A stretch of DNA of 9,136 bases. Source: a virus. Its lineage: Duplodnaviria > Heunggongvirae > Uroviricota > Caudoviricetes. A program made the translations under genes and the position numbers. Numbering within the stretch: the stretch's first letter is position 1; each line of letters begins with the position of its first letter. The stretch spans positions 1 to 9,136 of the IMG/VR virus record IMGVR_UViG_2713896770_000016. The stretch is one strand, 5' to 3'. Shown piece after piece: positions 6,826 to 9,136 of the stretch. The notes beneath the pieces were generated by a model. The model saw nothing but the letters and a program-made list of their open reading frames with translations, was not told where the DNA came from and did no database searches.

Positions 6826-7596
6826 ATGGAAACCGTATCTGACGCACTGAAAGCACTGAAAAAAGCCTCTTCACATGTGGTGGCAGCTCGCCTTGGAATC
6901 AGTCGTGAAGAGGCTGTCAACGAGCTGTGGGAACTCAAAAGAAAAGGCGTCGTTGATAAAACTGGTCACACCTGGTTTCTGGCTGGCGAAGGTGAATCCC
7001 GGGTAACCGAAGAGCGGCCAGTAAAATCTGAAGCACAGGATATGCTGACCGGGGAGGTCGAACAAAAAGTTACCGCAGACATGATGATTGAGTTTATCGG
7101 TCAGGATGGGGCTAAAACGTGTGAGGAACTGGCGGGTAAGTTCGGTGTCAGTACTCGCAAGGTTGCTTCCACGCTGGCGGTGGTAACCGCAACGGGGCGG
7201 CTGGCACGCGTTAATCAGAACGGTAAATTTCGTTACTGCATGCCGGGCGATAATTTACCAGCAGAGCCGAAAGCCGCGCTGGTAACGGAAAGTGATGGTA
7301 AGGCCTTTCCTCAGCCAGCAGGTGCTGCGTTACCAGTCCGGGAAGCCGCAACACAGGAAGAAATTAAAACAGAAACTGTGGCGGACATTGTGCAGCCGTT
7401 GCCATCGTTTACCGAAACGCAAGCAGATGAGCTGATTTTTCCGTCCCTTCGCAGGGCAAACCTGGCGCTGCGCAGGGCGAAAAGTGATGTTCAGAAGTGG
7501 GAGCGAGTCTGCGCCGCGCTGCGGGAGCTGAACAAGCACCGGGATATTGTTCGACAGATTACTGATTCTTCCCGCCGTGTTGTATCGGAAAAGTGA
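6826..7596 (+). CDS. Hypothetical protein (256 aa) with two winged-helix-like modules
   Basis: Track ORF with GGAGG 8 nt upstream. Internally duplicated 50-60 aa segments (residues about 1-55 and 83-140) of the pattern hydrophobic-x-x-L-x-x-x-G-[IV]-S-x-x-x-[VA]. The C-terminal third is basic and helical. No family was recognised with certainty. Confidence 0.7.
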   Translation: METVSDALKALKKASSHVVAARLGISREEAVNELWELKRKGVVDKTGHTWFLAGEGESRVTEERPVKSEAQDMLTGEVEQKVTADMMIEFIGQDGAKTCEELAGKFGVSTRKVASTLAVVTATGRLARVNQNGKFRYCMPGDNLPAEPKAALVTESDGKAFPQPAGAALPVREAATQEEIKTETVADIVQPLPSFTETQADELIFPSLRRANLALRRAKSDVQKWERVCAALRELNKHRDIVRQITDSSRRVVSEK

Positions 7597-7611
7597 TTGC
7601 CGGAGGCGCTT

Positions 7612-8037
7612 ATGGCAAAAGTATTTACACAAGAAGAGCGGGAAAAAATTAAAGGGCAGGTTGTTGAACTTGTACGTCTGAGCGGTCGCGAGACGTTGCG
7701 GCAACTGGAAGCCAAGACAGGTGCGACAAGATATCTGATGAGTGTTCTCGCCAGAGAGCTGGTTGCCAGTGGCGATGTATACAACTCTGGTTACGGGTTA
7801 TTCCCGTCTGAACAGGCGCGTAAGGACTGGCAAAATGCTCGCAAAAAACTCTCAAGGGCAAAGGTGAAGAAACCTGCAGTGGTTGATCCGGACCTTATCT
7901 GGTCGTTACCAGACGGCGAAATACGCCGCTACGACAGGCGCCTGAATATAATCTGTCGCGAGTGCCGGAAGAGCGAAGCTATGCAGCGTGTACTGGCATT
8001 TTATCAAGGAAATGTTAGGTATTTTAGACGTTACTAG
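7612..8037 (+). CDS. Hypothetical protein (141 aa), N-terminal winged-helix-like module, C-terminal basic region
   Basis: Track ORF 7597..8037 begins at a TTG. I prefer the ATG at 7612, which has GGAGG 5 nt upstream. It starts 16 nt after the stop of the previous gene. The N-terminus resembles the modules of the preceding protein. Confidence 0.7.
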   Translation: MAKVFTQEEREKIKGQVVELVRLSGRETLRQLEAKTGATRYLMSVLARELVASGDVYNSGYGLFPSEQARKDWQNARKKLSRAKVKKPAVVDPDLIWSLPDGEIRRYDRRLNIICRECRKSEAMQRVLAFYQGNVRYFRRY

Positions 8038-8190
8038 ATTAAAGAGCATTAGTTCAGATGTGAATTGACATTTTCATGGCGCAGGGTAGAGCCAGCGTGG
8101 TTGTCCGCTTTGCGTCAAAACCAGATATTACCAGATTTAGACATATATTCCCGATAGCCCTGCTCTGATGCTACACTCTGTGCTATTTTC

Positions 8191-8877
8191 ATGACCCCAA
8201 TAAAAATATTTATGACTATTGCTGATTTCAAACGGCCTAAATTGGAGCTCCCAAACGGGGCAAACAAACTACTACTGCACTCTTGCTGTGCTCCATGTTC
8301 CGGTGAAGTGATGGAGGCGCTTCAGGCCTCGGGAATCGACTACACCATCTTTTTCTACAACCCGAACATTCATCCTCAGAAAGAGTATTTAATTCGTAAG
8401 GATGAAAATATTCGCTTTGCTGAACAACACGGCGTGCCGTTTATCGATGCTGATTACGACACCGACAACTGGTTTGAACGTGCCAAAGGAATGGAATGGG
8501 AGCCTGAGAGGGGGATCCGTTGTACCATGTGTTTTGACATGCGTTTTGAGCGGACAGCGTTGTACGCTGCTGAAAATGGTTTCAGTGTGATCAGCAGTTC
8601 ACTGGGCATTTCACGCTGGAAAAATATGCAGCAGGTTAACGAGTGTGGGCGGCGAGCTGTTGCGCATTATCCGGGTATGGTGTACTGGGATTATAACTGG
8701 CGCAAGCAGGGCGGCTCGTCCCGTATGATTGAAATCAGCAAGCGCGAAAAATTCTATCAGCAGGAATATTGTGGCTGTGTGTATTCTCTGCGCGATACCA
8801 ATCTACACCGCAAATCTCAGGGACGCCCTCTTATCAAAATTGGCCAACTCCACTACGGAAAAGAAGAGAAGGAGTGA
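8191..8877 (+). CDS. QueH-like (DUF208-type) putative Fe-S protein, possible epoxyqueuosine reductase homologue (228 aa)
   Basis: Track ORF. N-terminal [12 protein letters not shown] followed by FFYNPNIHP, and later RCTMC and EYCGCVYS cysteine motifs. I recognise this pattern as DUF208/QueH, not confirmed by search. It follows a 153-bp intergenic region with extended -10-like TGcTACACT (8169-8177) and TGcTATTTT (8181-8189). No SD precedes the ATG. Confidence 0.75.
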   Translation: MTPIKIFMTIADFKRPKLELPNGANKLLLHSCCAPCSGEVMEALQASGIDYTIFFYNPNIHPQKEYLIRKDENIRFAEQHGVPFIDADYDTDNWFERAKGMEWEPERGIRCTMCFDMRFERTALYAAENGFSVISSSLGISRWKNMQQVNECGRRAVAHYPGMVYWDYNWRKQGGSSRMIEISKREKFYQQEYCGCVYSLRDTNLHRKSQGRPLIKIGQLHYGKEEKE

Positions 8878-9136
8878 TTTTATGGATCACCTTTCTGATT
8901 GATTTCATATTGGCGAGGTGACGTGAGTTAAGTAGAATGGCTGCGGGTGCTTGAGGCTATCTGTCTCAGGCATGAACACTGAAAGGCAGATAGAGAAAAG
9001 CCCCAGTTAACATTTCGCGTCCTGCAAGACGCTTAACATTAATCTGAGGCCCAATCTATGTCTCACAAATGTAGGTTAGCCTCTTACGTGCCGAAAGGCA
9101 AGGGGAAGCAGGCTATTGTTAACACCAAGCTGTAAT

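Noticed and set aside
8402-8590. 62-aa plus-strand ORF inside the QueH-like gene
   Set aside because: It is an internal out-of-frame ORF within a well-supported CDS.
1-9136. CRISPR array, tRNA/rRNA genes, IS elements or terminal inverted repeats
   Set aside because: I found no regularly spaced direct repeats with spacers, no tRNA-like T-arm or anticodon-stem pattern, and no transposase-like ORF or IS-type terminal inverted repeats.

Overview
This window reads as the early (immunity / recombination / replication) region of a mosaic lambdoid prophage of the E. coli Rac/Qin type. A DicA/RacR-like repressor gene (3856-4275, minus) sits between two clusters of 14-bp (A/T)TACC-N4-GGTA(A/T) palindromic operators. 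Leftward (minus strand) from it runs a dicB-operon-like transcript: ydfA/ydaF-like (51 aa), ydfB/ydaG-like (42 aa), ydfC-like (72 aa), a ~340 bp ORF-free spacer, a DicF-type sRNA (2658-2715), a KilR-like 73-aa gene, and a large RecE-like gene that runs off the left edge. Rightward (plus strand): a Cro-like YdaS-family gene, a CII-like YdaT-family gene, a replication initiator with an internal 15-bp iteron array (putative origin), a DnaC-like helicase loader, two uncharacterised proteins with repeated winged-helix-like modules, then a QueH-like (DUF208-type, CCxPC cysteine motif) gene with promoter-like sequence and no Shine-Dalgarno, and a 25-codon ORF at the right edge. No rRNA, tRNA, CRISPR array or IS element was seen. 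Nothing here is unambiguously a new system; the most unusual items are the QueH-like cargo gene beside the replication module, the dicF-kilR combination, and the wHTH-repeat gene pair. All homology statements come from motif recognition and recall, not from database searches, and small-motif coordinates may be off by a base or two.
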